A DNA stretch of 64,000 bases from Holophagaceae bacterium (GCA_039812765.1 JBDIBF010000002.1:1682-65681); one strand, 5' to 3'. Positions 12,479-21,520 are shown, counted from the stretch's first letter. The notes: a model not told the origin generated them from the letters alone. A program made the numbers and translations.

Positions 12479-14445
12479 TGCTTCCCGACGCCCTGCGCTT
12501 CGAGGGCCGTGTCCTCTTCCTCAGCGAGGACGCGGACAAGGTCGCGCGCCAGCTCCGGGGCGAGGACCTGTCGCTGGAGGCCGCCCATCCCCTGCGCACC
12601 CAGATCAGTACCGACGAGATCACGCCGGCTTTCATCTGCTACCACTTCGACGGGAAGCTTGGCGACTTCCCCTACCTGGGCCTGAAGTGCGGGGACGCCT
12701 TCCCCTGCCGGGAGGGCCTCGTGAGGGCCGGCGGCTTCGCCGTCTCCGTCTCGGGGCTGCGGCGGGGCAAGGGCAGCTCCCGGGAGGCCTCGCCCTACGC
12801 GGAGTTGTGCGCCGGCATCCGTCTCGTGATCGCCGAGAGCTTCGAGCGCATCTACCGGCAGAACTGCCAGAACCTGGGGCTCCTCACGAGCACGGACGTC
12901 GGGCTGGTGGCGCGGATCCGGCGGGGCGAAGCCATCCCGCTGGCCGAGTTCACCGCCGGACTGGACCCTATCACCGCGGAGATCGTGCGGTGCGGCGGCC
13001 TCTTCGCCTTCAACGCGGCCCGCCTCGCGGGCGAGGTCGCGGCGCCGGTCCCCGCCCATGCTCCCGGACCCATGACCCTCGCGGAAAAGATCCTGGCGCG
13101 CCATGCCGTGATGGACGCCCAGGCCGGCCGCGTGGGCTCGGCCCGCGTGCGCGCCGGGGACGGCCTCTTCGTGAAGGCCGACTGGCGCTTCTCCCACGAG
13201 TACGTGACGCCCATGGCGGCGAGCTTCCTCCAGCAGGCCCTCGGTGACGTCCCCCTCAGGGACCCGGCTTCCATCCTCGCCTTCCGCGACCACCTCACCT
13301 TCCTGCACCACAGCATGGCCGCGGAGCACCGCGCGAAGGGCCTGCTGGAGGTCGCGCAGCGGCTGAAGGCCGTCCAGGAAGCCTTCTGCGCGCGGCACGG
13401 CATCCGCCTGCACGTCGAACTGCCGGACGGCGACGGCAGCGAGGGCATCTGCCACAGCCTCATGGCCGAGCGCTACGCCCTGCCGGGCCAGGTGGTGGTG
13501 GGCACGGACAGCCACACGCCCCACGCCGGCGCCCTGGGCTGCCTGGCCTTCGGCGTGGGCACCACGGACATCGCCAACGCCTGGGTCACCGGGGACGTGC
13601 GGGTGACCGTGCCGCCCACCGTGCGGGTCATCCTGGACGGAACCCTGCGCCCGGGAGTTTCCGCCAAGGACGTGGTGCTCCACCTCCTGGCGCAGCCGTT
13701 CATCCGCGAGGGGAAGGCCATCGGCCACGTGATCGAATACCAGGGCCGCGGCGTCGAGGCCATGGACACCGACGAGCGGGCGACGCTCACCAACATGGCC
13801 GCCGAGATTGGCGGTTTCACGGGCCTCGTGGCGCCGGACGCGGAGACCGCGCGCTTCCTGCGGGAACGCCGGGGCGTCGACTTCGTGGTCGAGGACTGGA
13901 TGCGGTCCGACGAGGACGCGGCCTTCGCCCACACGATCCGCGTGGACGGCGCGGCCCTGGGCCCCATGCTCGCCCGCCCCGGGGACCCCGGGAATGGCGT
14001 GGCCCTCCGCGATCTCCGCGAGGACGTCCGGATCGACATCGCCTACCTGGGCAGCTGCACCGGGGGCAAGCGGGAGGACCTGCGGCGGGCCTACGAAGTG
14101 GTGAAGGCGGCCGCCGCCGAGGGCCGGCGCATCCCGGGCCACGTGCGGTTCTTCGTCCAGTGCGGCAGCGAGGACGTGCGGCGACACGCCCGCGACCAGG
14201 GCTGGATCGCCGCCTTCGAGGCTGTCGGTGCCACAGTCCTGGGCAGCTCCTGCGGCGCCTGCATCAACGCCGGTCCCGGCGTGAGCGAGACGAAGGACCA
14301 GGTCACCATCAGCGCCATCAACCGCAACTTCCCCGGCCGCAGCGGCCCGGGGCAGGTGTGGCTGGCGAGCCCGGCGACCGTGGCCGCCAGCGCGCTGGCG
14401 GGGCGGATCGCGGCACCTGGATCACCTACTCCAGCCAGCGCATGA
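12478..14445 (+). CDS. aconitase-family hydro-lyase with swivel (LeuD-like) domain fused N-terminal to the catalytic (LeuC-like) domains
   Basis: 655 aa. GKGSSREASPYAE and IAESFERIYRQNCQN (small-subunit motifs) come first, then GTDSHTPHAG, LGSCTGG, SCGACIN and AINRNFPGRSG (Fe-S/aconitase motifs). Its ATG overlaps the larC stop (TGATG). Confidence 0.8.
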   Translation: MLPDALRFEGRVLFLSEDADKVARQLRGEDLSLEAAHPLRTQISTDEITPAFICYHFDGKLGDFPYLGLKCGDAFPCREGLVRAGGFAVSVSGLRRGKGSSREASPYAELCAGIRLVIAESFERIYRQNCQNLGLLTSTDVGLVARIRRGEAIPLAEFTAGLDPITAEIVRCGGLFAFNAARLAGEVAAPVPAHAPGPMTLAEKILARHAVMDAQAGRVGSARVRAGDGLFVKADWRFSHEYVTPMAASFLQQALGDVPLRDPASILAFRDHLTFLHHSMAAEHRAKGLLEVAQRLKAVQEAFCARHGIRLHVELPDGDGSEGICHSLMAERYALPGQVVVGTDSHTPHAGALGCLAFGVGTTDIANAWVTGDVRVTVPPTVRVILDGTLRPGVSAKDVVLHLLAQPFIREGKAIGHVIEYQGRGVEAMDTDERATLTNMAAEIGGFTGLVAPDAETARFLRERRGVDFVVEDWMRSDEDAAFAHTIRVDGAALGPMLARPGDPGNGVALRDLREDVRIDIAYLGSCTGGKREDLRRAYEVVKAAAAEGRRIPGHVRFFVQCGSEDVRRHARDQGWIAAFEAVGATVLGSSCGACINAGPGVSETKDQVTISAINRNFPGRSGPGQVWLASPATVAASALAGRIAAPGSPTPASA

Positions 14446-15847
14446 CCCGGAAGGCCAGCCGCGACAGCCAGCCCTCGTAGGGCGGCTTCGTGAAGCCGAT
14501 GGGGTCGTACCAGCCGGCCTCCAGCACGGCGCGTTGGTGGCTGAAGGCCCGGAAGCCGTGCTCGCCATGGTAGGCCCCGAAGCCGCTGGGGCCGCGCCCG
14601 CCGAAGGGGAGGGCCGGGTTGCCCAGGTGGAGGACCGTGTGCTCCAGGGCCGTGCCGCCGGCCCGCGTGTCCCGGAGCCAGCCCTGGGCCTCGGCGGCGT
14701 TCCCGGTGAAAAGGTAGCTGGCGAGGGGCTGGTCCAGGTCGCGCAGGATCGCGAGGGCCTCCGCCCGGTCGCGGTAGCTCACCACCGGCAGGATGGGGCC
14801 GAAGATCTCCTCCCGCATGAGTGGGCTGCCGAGGGGCACGCCGCGGACGGCCGTCGGCGCCATCCGCAGACGCCCCTCGTCGGAATCCCCGCCGAAGACC
14901 ACCTCGCCCCCGCTGCCCGAAAGCAGGGCCCGCTGGCGGTCGAAGGCAGCCCGGTCGATGAGCTTGCCGAAGGCGGGGCTGGCCATCGGCTCGGGGCCGA
15001 AGAGCGCCTGGACCTCGGCCTTCAGGCGGTCCAGGAAGGGCCGCTCCAGGTGTTCAGGCACCAGGACGTAGTCGGGCGCCACGCAGGTCTGGCCCGCGTT
15101 GATCCACTTGCCCCAGGCGATGCGCTTCGCGGCCCGGTCCAGGTCGGCGCCCTCCGTGATCAGCGCCGGGCTCTTGCCGCCCAGCTCGAGGGTCACGCCC
15201 GCCAGGTGCTTCGCCGCGGCCGCCATCACCAGGTGGCCGACGCGCGTGGAGCCGGTGAAGAAGAAGTGGTCGAAGGGCAAGGCCAGGAGGGCCTGGGCCA
15301 CCTCGGGGCCTCCGGTCGCGATGGCCACCTCCTCCGGGGGGAAGGTGTCCCGGACGAGCTTCGCCAGGACGGCCTCGGTGGCCAGGGCTTTTTCCGAGGG
15401 CTTGAGGATGACCGTGTTCCCGGCGGCCAGGGCCGCCACGAGGGGCACGAGGGTGAGGAAGACCGGGTAGTTCCAGGGCGCCAGGATGAGCACCCGTCCC
15501 TTCGGCTCGAAGCGCACCCGGCTCCGCGTGCCCAGGAGCAGGAGGGGCGTGCCCACCCGACGGGGCTTCATCCATCGGGCCAGGTTCCGGAGGGCCTGGT
15601 TCAGTTCGGCCCAGGTCACGTGCAGCTCGGTCAGGTGGGACTCCTCCGCGCACTTGCCGAGATCCTCGGCCAGGGCCGCGAGCAGGGCAGGCCTCGCCGC
15701 CTCCATCCCGGCCTTCAGCCGACGGAGCCGGTCCCGCCGAGCTTCCGCGCCTTCGGTCGCCAGGGCCCAGCGCCGGGAGCCCTGGGCGTCGAAGGCGGCC
15801 CGGAGATCGTCGGGAAGGGCGGCGAGGGCGCCGTCAGGGATCGTCAT
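14426..15847 (-). CDS. NAD(P)-dependent aldehyde dehydrogenase (class-3-like)
   Basis: ILAPWNYPVFL, LELGGKSP and a C-terminal ALDH fold. Start at internal ATG 15847 (MTIPDG). Confidence 0.85.
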   Translation of the reverse strand: MTIPDGALAALPDDLRAAFDAQGSRRWALATEGAEARRDRLRRLKAGMEAARPALLAALAEDLGKCAEESHLTELHVTWAELNQALRNLARWMKPRRVGTPLLLLGTRSRVRFEPKGRVLILAPWNYPVFLTLVPLVAALAAGNTVILKPSEKALATEAVLAKLVRDTFPPEEVAIATGGPEVAQALLALPFDHFFFTGSTRVGHLVMAAAAKHLAGVTLELGGKSPALITEGADLDRAAKRIAWGKWINAGQTCVAPDYVLVPEHLERPFLDRLKAEVQALFGPEPMASPAFGKLIDRAAFDRQRALLSGSGGEVVFGGDSDEGRLRMAPTAVRGVPLGSPLMREEIFGPILPVVSYRDRAEALAILRDLDQPLASYLFTGNAAEAQGWLRDTRAGGTALEHTVLHLGNPALPFGGRGPSGFGAYHGEHGFRAFSHQRAVLEAGWYDPIGFTKPPYEGWLSRLAFRVMRWLE

Positions 15848-15965
15848 GGGCTCCAGGATAGGACCCCGGTCGGGTCCCGGGGGCCCCGGAATGCGTGCGG
15901 CGCGCCATGGCGGGAAGGCGCCCCCTCTGACACAGTAGAGGCACTTCATCCCAGGACGCGCCGCC

Positions 15966-17507
15966 ATGATGATCCCCCAGCTGCTGCTCCGGAAGCTCTA
16001 CACCTACGGGTCCCTGCGCAACACGGCCGAAGGCCTGGAGTTCAGCCTGAAGAACCGGCTCAACGACGTGACGCTCACGAAGGTGGTGAAGGTGCGCCTG
16101 GACGCCATGGACATCCCGGCCTCGGAGCTCCAGATCGACGTGGGGGACGGGAAATGGATCCCGGCCACCGCCATCTCCGAGGCGCGGCCCGAGACCTTCC
16201 CCCTGAAGGCCGTGGCCTTCCTGCGGGCCCCGGGGAAGCAGGCGGGCGAGGGCCTGCACAAGCTGGAGATCACCCTGGAAGTGAAGAGCATGGGCCAGCT
16301 CACCATCAAGGTGGAGGACAACCCGGCCAAGTCCGCGCCCCCGGCGGTGACGGTGCCCCTGGACAAGGAGGACAACTACTCCCCCGAGATCGTCGCCGCG
16401 CGACAGAAATTCATCGAGACGTACAGCAAGGTGCAGCTCAAGCACCTCACCAAGTACTCCTTCGACCCGGCGGTGACGAAGGGCAACATCGAGAACTTCA
16501 CTGGCGTCGCGCAGGTCCCCCTCGGATTTGCCGGTCCCCTGCGGGTGAACGGAGAACATGCCAACGGCGAGTTCATCATCCCCCTGGCCACGGCCGAAGG
16601 CACGCTGGTGGCAAGCTACAACCGGGGCATGAAGGTGCTGAACCTGAGCGGCGGCGTGACCACCACCGTGCAGGGCGACCACATGCAGCGGGCGCCGGTC
16701 TTCATCTTCGACAGCGCCCGGGAGGCCCGGGAGTTCCGCAAGTGGGTGCACGCCCACATCGATGACCTGCGCCGGGAGGCGGAGGCCACCACCCGCAGCG
16801 GCAAGCTGGACTACTTCGACAGCTTCCTGGCCAGCAAGTTCTGCTACCTGCGCTTCAACTTCACCACCGGGGACGCCGCGGGCCAGAACATGGTGGGACG
16901 CGCCACCTACGCCGCCTGCAGCTGGATCCTGGAGCACAACAAGACCATTCGGCGCTTCTTCCTCGAGTCCAACATGGCCACGGACAAGAAGGCCAGCCAG
17001 GTGAACGTCATGCGCACCCGCGGCAAGCGCGTCACCGCCGAGTGCACCGTCAAGCGCGACGTGCTCATGAACGTCATGCGCGTGGAGCCCGAGAGCCTCG
17101 CCTACCACTGGGGCGTCTCCAACGTGGGCTCCATCCTGTCGGGCGCGAACAACAACGGCGCCCACAGCCCCAACGGCATCACGGCCATGTTCATCGCCAC
17201 GGGCCAGGACGTGGCCAACGTCTCGGAAGGGACCTCCGCCATCCTCTACACCGAGCTGACGCCGGAGCGGGACCTCTACATGAGCATCACCATCCCGAGC
17301 CTCATCGTGGCCACCCACGGCGGCGGCACGGGCCTGCCCACCCAGCGGGAATGCCTGGAGATCCTGGGCTGCTTCGGCGCGGGGAAGGTGAAGAAGCTGG
17401 CGGAGATCGTCGCCGGTGTGGTGCTGGCCGGCGAATTGAGCCTGGGCGCCGCCATCTCGAGCCTGGAGTGGGTCTCCTCCCACGAGGAATATGGCCGCAA
17501 CCGCTGA
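15966..17507 (+). CDS. class I HMG-CoA reductase with an extra ~135-aa N-terminal domain
   Basis: Catalytic region motifs LATAEGTLVASYNRG, TGDAAGQNMV and ATHGGGTGL. Residues 1-135 (beta-rich, unknown) precede the normal catalytic core. Confidence 0.85.
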   Translation: MMIPQLLLRKLYTYGSLRNTAEGLEFSLKNRLNDVTLTKVVKVRLDAMDIPASELQIDVGDGKWIPATAISEARPETFPLKAVAFLRAPGKQAGEGLHKLEITLEVKSMGQLTIKVEDNPAKSAPPAVTVPLDKEDNYSPEIVAARQKFIETYSKVQLKHLTKYSFDPAVTKGNIENFTGVAQVPLGFAGPLRVNGEHANGEFIIPLATAEGTLVASYNRGMKVLNLSGGVTTTVQGDHMQRAPVFIFDSAREAREFRKWVHAHIDDLRREAEATTRSGKLDYFDSFLASKFCYLRFNFTTGDAAGQNMVGRATYAACSWILEHNKTIRRFFLESNMATDKKASQVNVMRTRGKRVTAECTVKRDVLMNVMRVEPESLAYHWGVSNVGSILSGANNNGAHSPNGITAMFIATGQDVANVSEGTSAILYTELTPERDLYMSITIPSLIVATHGGGTGLPTQRECLEILGCFGAGKVKKLAEIVAGVVLAGELSLGAAISSLEWVSSHEEYGRNR

Positions 17508-19236
17508 AGGCGCGCCGCCACCGGACGCCGCGCCCCCGCCGGGTGCCGCGGCGCCCCCCGCGACCGCGGGAACGACGGACCCCGAGGCCCTGCTGCGCGA
17601 GAAGGGTTTCGAGATCCTGAAGGTGGGCCGCTCCGAAGGCCTGGTCCGCCGCTTCTTCACCACCGCGCGGCACTTCACGGGGCTGCTCTTCGGCGGCCTG
17701 CTGGCCCTGCGCCGCCAACGGAACGAGGAGGGGACGCCGGGGCTGGCGAAGCGGTTCGGCCTCTGGTGGGTGACGCTCCCCGCGCGGATCCTGGTGGCCC
17801 GGGACCTTCGGAACGAGTCCTTCCCGGTGCAGCTGCGGCGGCGGCTGGAGCGCCTCGGCCCCACCTACATCAAGCTCGGCCAGATCCTCAGCCTGCGGGA
17901 GGACCTGCTCCCGAAGGCCGTCACGGAGGAGCTGAAGCACCTCCTGAACCGCCTGCCGGTGGTGCCGCTGCCGGTGCTGGCGAGGATCATCGAGGGCGAC
18001 CTCAAGAAGCCCGTGGACGAGCTGTTCCTCTCCATCGACCCCATCCCCCTGGGCTCGGCCTCCATCGGCCAGACCCACAAGGCCACGACTCGGGACGGCG
18101 ACCGGGTGATCCTCAAGGTGGTCAAGCCCGGCATCCGCAAGACCCTGGAACGGGACGCGAAGCTCCTGCGCATGTTCGGCAGCCTGGCCCAGCTCTTCAT
18201 CCCGCGCTACCAGCCGCGGCAGGTGATCCACGAGTTCGTGGCCTACACCCTGCGGGAGGTGGACCTGCGGCTCGAAGCCGACAACGCCGAGACCTTCTCC
18301 GCCAACTTCGTCGACGTTCCCGACGTCGTCTTCCCGCGCATCTACCGGGCCTACAGCGGCCGGAACGTGCTCTGCATGGAGTTCTTCGACGGCATCGCCC
18401 CGGACAAGCCCGAGGCCCAGGAGCTTCCGGAGGAGCAGCGCCGGCACCTCACCGACCTCGGCGCCATGTCCATCATCCGCATGCTCTACAAGGACGGATT
18501 CTTCCACGCGGATCTGCATCCCGGGAACCTGATCATCCTGCCGGGGCCGAAGGTGGGCTTCATCGACCTCGGCATGGTGGGCCGCCTGGACGAGGATCTG
18601 CGCCGGGCCCTGCTCTACTACTACTTCGCCCTGGTGATGGGGGACGGCGAGAACGCTGCCCGCTACCTCACCGCCATCGCCCGGCCCGGGGACGGGGCCA
18701 ACCCCAACGCCTTCCGCCGGGACGCCACCGAGATCGCGAACCGATGGAAGCGGGCGTCGAATTTCGACGAGTTCAGCCTGGGCCAGCTCATCCTCGAATC
18801 CCTCTCCAAGGGCGCCGAGCACGGCATGTACTTCCCGGTGGAGATGGTGCTCATGGTGAAGGCCCTTGTGACCTTCGAGGGCGTGGGCAACGTGCTGCTG
18901 CCGGGCTTCGACGTGGCCGAGGTGAGCAAGAAGCACATCCGCACCCTCTTCATCCACCAGTTCAGCCCCATGCGCTTCTTCACGGAGGGCATGCGGGGGG
19001 TGCCGGACCTGGTGGACGCCATGGCCAAGATGCCCCTGCTCGTGACCGACGGCCTGAAGGTGCTGGAGCGCCTCTCCCGGCAGCCCAGCGAGAACCCGCT
19101 GTCCGGCCTGCGGGGCACGCTCATCGCGGGCTCGTGCCTCGTGGCGGCGGCGGTCTCCATGGGCTTCAAGGCGCCGTGGCCGGTGTGGTCGGCCCTCTTC
19201 CTGATTGCCTTCCTGCTCGCCGTGAGGAAGAAATGA
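17491..19236 (+). CDS. ABC1/UbiB-family atypical protein kinase
   Basis: LGPTYIKLGQILSLREDLLP, PLGSASIGQTHKA, HADLHPGNL and two C-terminal TM helices. The listed ATG overlaps the HMGR 3' end by 17 nt, so the exact start is uncertain. Confidence 0.85.
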   Translation: MAATAEGAPPPDAAPPPGAAAPPATAGTTDPEALLREKGFEILKVGRSEGLVRRFFTTARHFTGLLFGGLLALRRQRNEEGTPGLAKRFGLWWVTLPARILVARDLRNESFPVQLRRRLERLGPTYIKLGQILSLREDLLPKAVTEELKHLLNRLPVVPLPVLARIIEGDLKKPVDELFLSIDPIPLGSASIGQTHKATTRDGDRVILKVVKPGIRKTLERDAKLLRMFGSLAQLFIPRYQPRQVIHEFVAYTLREVDLRLEADNAETFSANFVDVPDVVFPRIYRAYSGRNVLCMEFFDGIAPDKPEAQELPEEQRRHLTDLGAMSIIRMLYKDGFFHADLHPGNLIILPGPKVGFIDLGMVGRLDEDLRRALLYYYFALVMGDGENAARYLTAIARPGDGANPNAFRRDATEIANRWKRASNFDEFSLGQLILESLSKGAEHGMYFPVEMVLMVKALVTFEGVGNVLLPGFDVAEVSKKHIRTLFIHQFSPMRFFTEGMRGVPDLVDAMAKMPLLVTDGLKVLERLSRQPSENPLSGLRGTLIAGSCLVAAAVSMGFKAPWPVWSALFLIAFLLAVRKK

Positions 19237-20528
19237 GTTCCCGGGTCCGGATCAGCGCCAGCGACGCCATCTGGCTGCAGGAGACGCCCGAGAACCTCAT
19301 GGTCATCAATGCGGTGCTGATCCTCGACCGCATCGACCTCCAGACCTTCCGGGAGACGTTCCGCCAGCGGCTGCTGGAGGGCGAGCCGGCGCGGCGCCTC
19401 ACGAGGCTGCGCTCCCGCATCGTCGGGAAGGGGGCCGCCGCCCACTGGGAGGTGGATCCGGCCTTCTCGGTGGACCGGCAGATCTTCGCCCCCGAAGGCG
19501 ACGAGCCCACCACCATGGAGGCGCTCCAGGCCTTCGTGGGGCGGGAGGCATCCAAGCCGCTGCCCCCGGACCGCCCCCCCTGGCAGTTCCAGCTGGTGGA
19601 GCACTTCGAGGGGGACGCGAGCGCCCTCGTGGTCCGCATCCACCACAGCATCGCCGACGGCATGGCCCTGGTGTCCCTCATGTTCACCCTCATGGATCCC
19701 CTGGGGCCGGACCCCGGCGGCCGCAGCCTCCACCTGCGCCCGAGCGGCGGCAGCAGGGTCGGCGCGGGCTTCGGCGCGGCGCTGAGGATCGGTCTGGGGG
19801 CGCCGGGCGTGCTGCTCAGCCGGCTGCTGTGGCGCGCGGACCGCCACGCCCTCCACGGGCCGAAGCTGTCGGGCCGCAAGCAGGTCGCCTGGACGGCACC
19901 GCTGGACCTGCACGTGATCAAGGCGGCCAAGGACCGACTGGGGGCGACGGTGAACGACGTGCTGATGGCTTCCGTCTCCGGGGCCCTCACCCGCCATCTC
20001 GCCCCCAGCCTCGGGAACGCGCTGAAGGACCTCCGGGTCTCGATGCCGGTGAACGTGCGGCCGCTGCACGAGCCCCTGGTCCTGGACAACCGCTTCGCGG
20101 CGGTGCCCCTCCGGATCCCGGCGGGCCTCATGAGCCTGGAGCGCCGCATCGAGCTGGTGAAGGTCACCATGGACGGCCTGAAGCGCTCCGCGGCGCCGGT
20201 GGTGGTCTTCGGCCTCCAGAAGGCGCTGCTGGCCTTCCTGCCCGAGGCGGCCAGCCGCGGCCTCATCGACTTCCTGGCCAACAAGTGCACCGCGGTGGTC
20301 ACCAACGTGCCGGGCCCCCAGCAGGACATCAGCCTCGCGGGCCGCCGGGTGCGCGGCATGCTCTTCTGGGTCCCCCAGCGCGCAGACATCGGGCTGGGCA
20401 TCTCCATCCTCAGCTTCGCGGGGAAGGTGCAGGTGGGCGTCATGGCGGACGCGAGCCTGATGGAGGATCCCCACGACCTGGTGCACGCCTTCGAGGCGGA
20501 GTTCGAGGCGCTGAAGGGCCTGGCCTGA
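19233..20528 (+). CDS. wax ester synthase / diacylglycerol acyltransferase (WS/DGAT) family protein
   Basis: ATG 19233 overlaps the UbiB stop (ATGA). The HHSIADG active-site motif and ~430 aa length fit the WS/DGAT family. Confidence 0.85.
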   Translation: MSSRVRISASDAIWLQETPENLMVINAVLILDRIDLQTFRETFRQRLLEGEPARRLTRLRSRIVGKGAAAHWEVDPAFSVDRQIFAPEGDEPTTMEALQAFVGREASKPLPPDRPPWQFQLVEHFEGDASALVVRIHHSIADGMALVSLMFTLMDPLGPDPGGRSLHLRPSGGSRVGAGFGAALRIGLGAPGVLLSRLLWRADRHALHGPKLSGRKQVAWTAPLDLHVIKAAKDRLGATVNDVLMASVSGALTRHLAPSLGNALKDLRVSMPVNVRPLHEPLVLDNRFAAVPLRIPAGLMSLERRIELVKVTMDGLKRSAAPVVVFGLQKALLAFLPEAASRGLIDFLANKCTAVVTNVPGPQQDISLAGRRVRGMLFWVPQRADIGLGISILSFAGKVQVGVMADASLMEDPHDLVHAFEAEFEALKGLA

Positions 20529-20594
20529 TCCGGTCGCGAGCCGCCGGGCTTCTGGGGCAGACTGGGTCGCACCCGTCCCGTCTGGAGGCTTTCC

Positions 20595-21122
20595 ATGACC
20601 ACCCCGCGCCTGCTGCCGGTCTTCCTCGCCCTTCCTGCCCTGGCGCAGCCCGCCCCGGCGCCGCCGGAAGCCGAAGCCGCCCGCAAAGCCGCCCAGGCCT
20701 TCTACGACTGGTACGCGGCCATGGCGATGAAATCCTCGAAGGAACCAGCCTTCGAGCGCGCGCTGCGCGAGAAACGGGCCGCCCTCACGGAAGACCTGGC
20801 GAAGGCCCTGGCCGCGGACGCCGCCGCCCAGAAGGCCGTGCCCGACGACATCGTCGGCCTCGACTGGGACCCCTTCCTCAACGCCCAGGACTCCCATCCG
20901 CGCTACGCGGCCGGGGCCGTGAGGGCCGAGGGGAAGGGCTTCCTCGTGGCGATGCACGGCGTGACGGGCGGGAAGAAGGGGGCCGAGGTCCTCTTCGTCG
21001 TGGAAATGGTTCCGAAGGGCGGGACGTTCGTCATCGGGAACGTGCGGGGGCCGAAGGGCGGGGACCTGATGACGTCGCTGAAGGGGCTCGCGGAAGAACG
21101 GAAGAAGATGGGGAAGAAGTAG
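20595..21122 (+). CDS. secreted hypothetical protein (DUF3828-like)
   Basis: Signal peptide MTTPRLLPVFLALPALAQP, then AQAFYDWY and DWDPFLNAQD patterns that resemble DUF3828. C-terminal KK-rich tail. Confidence 0.6.
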   Translation: MTTPRLLPVFLALPALAQPAPAPPEAEAARKAAQAFYDWYAAMAMKSSKEPAFERALREKRAALTEDLAKALAADAAAQKAVPDDIVGLDWDPFLNAQDSHPRYAAGAVRAEGKGFLVAMHGVTGGKKGAEVLFVVEMVPKGGTFVIGNVRGPKGGDLMTSLKGLAEERKKMGKK

Positions 21123-21193
21123 GTGTGCGGGCGAACGGCGGATCGAAGCGGGACTCCCGGCCGGTGAGGTCCTGGACGCGCTTCGCTTGTCTG

Positions 21194-21248
21194 GCATCGC
21201 GATCGGGCGTGATCCGCAAAGGGCGCGGATCAAGCCCGATCGCGATGC
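21194..21248. repeat. 55-nt hairpin (module X, copy 1): conserved GCATCGCGATC base, variable paired top, 7-nt loop
   Basis: Arms at 21194-21208 and 21234-21248 are perfectly complementary. Inner GATCCGC/GCGGATC stem. Homologous base and flanks recur inverted at 55956-56006. Confidence 0.75.
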
Positions 21249-21358
21249 TCCTTGAACCTCAACGTCAACACCAAGGTCAACATCACCCCCTTGGTGATGC
21301 CACATCCTGGGTTTGACGTTGACCTTCAAAGAGTGCTAGCGTCCACCGCGGCGGCCTT

Positions 21359-21520
21359 ATGCCGCGGCGGACACGAGCACCGGCAAGCGATAGCGCGCCA
21401 GGTCGGGGAACGACCCTTTCGAGCCGCCTCAATCCCCGACGAGGCGCGGACCTGGCATTGAAGGCTCCCTTCATGCCGCGGCGGACACGAGCACCGGCAA
21501 GCGATAGCGCGCCAGGTCGG
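21359..21520. repeat. 114-bp tandem duplication with a 48-nt 100%-identical core (21359-21406 and 21473-21520)
   Basis: ATGCCGCGGCGGACACGAGCACCGGCAAGCGATAGCGCGCCAGGTCGG occurs twice exactly. The remaining ~66 nt of each unit are only loosely similar. Confidence 0.9.

Noticed and set aside
21191-21208. Sigma-54 promoter (TGGCAT/TGGCAC-N-TGC) at the base of hairpin module X
   Set aside because: The GG-to-GC spacing is one nt too long in copy 2, and the -12 element is absent in copy 1.
21359-21520. Possible mini CRISPR array (two identical 48-nt repeats)
   Set aside because: There are only two repeats. 48 nt is longer than the typical 28-37 nt. The spacers are themselves diverged copies of one another (a 114-bp tandem duplication). 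No cas genes are in the window.
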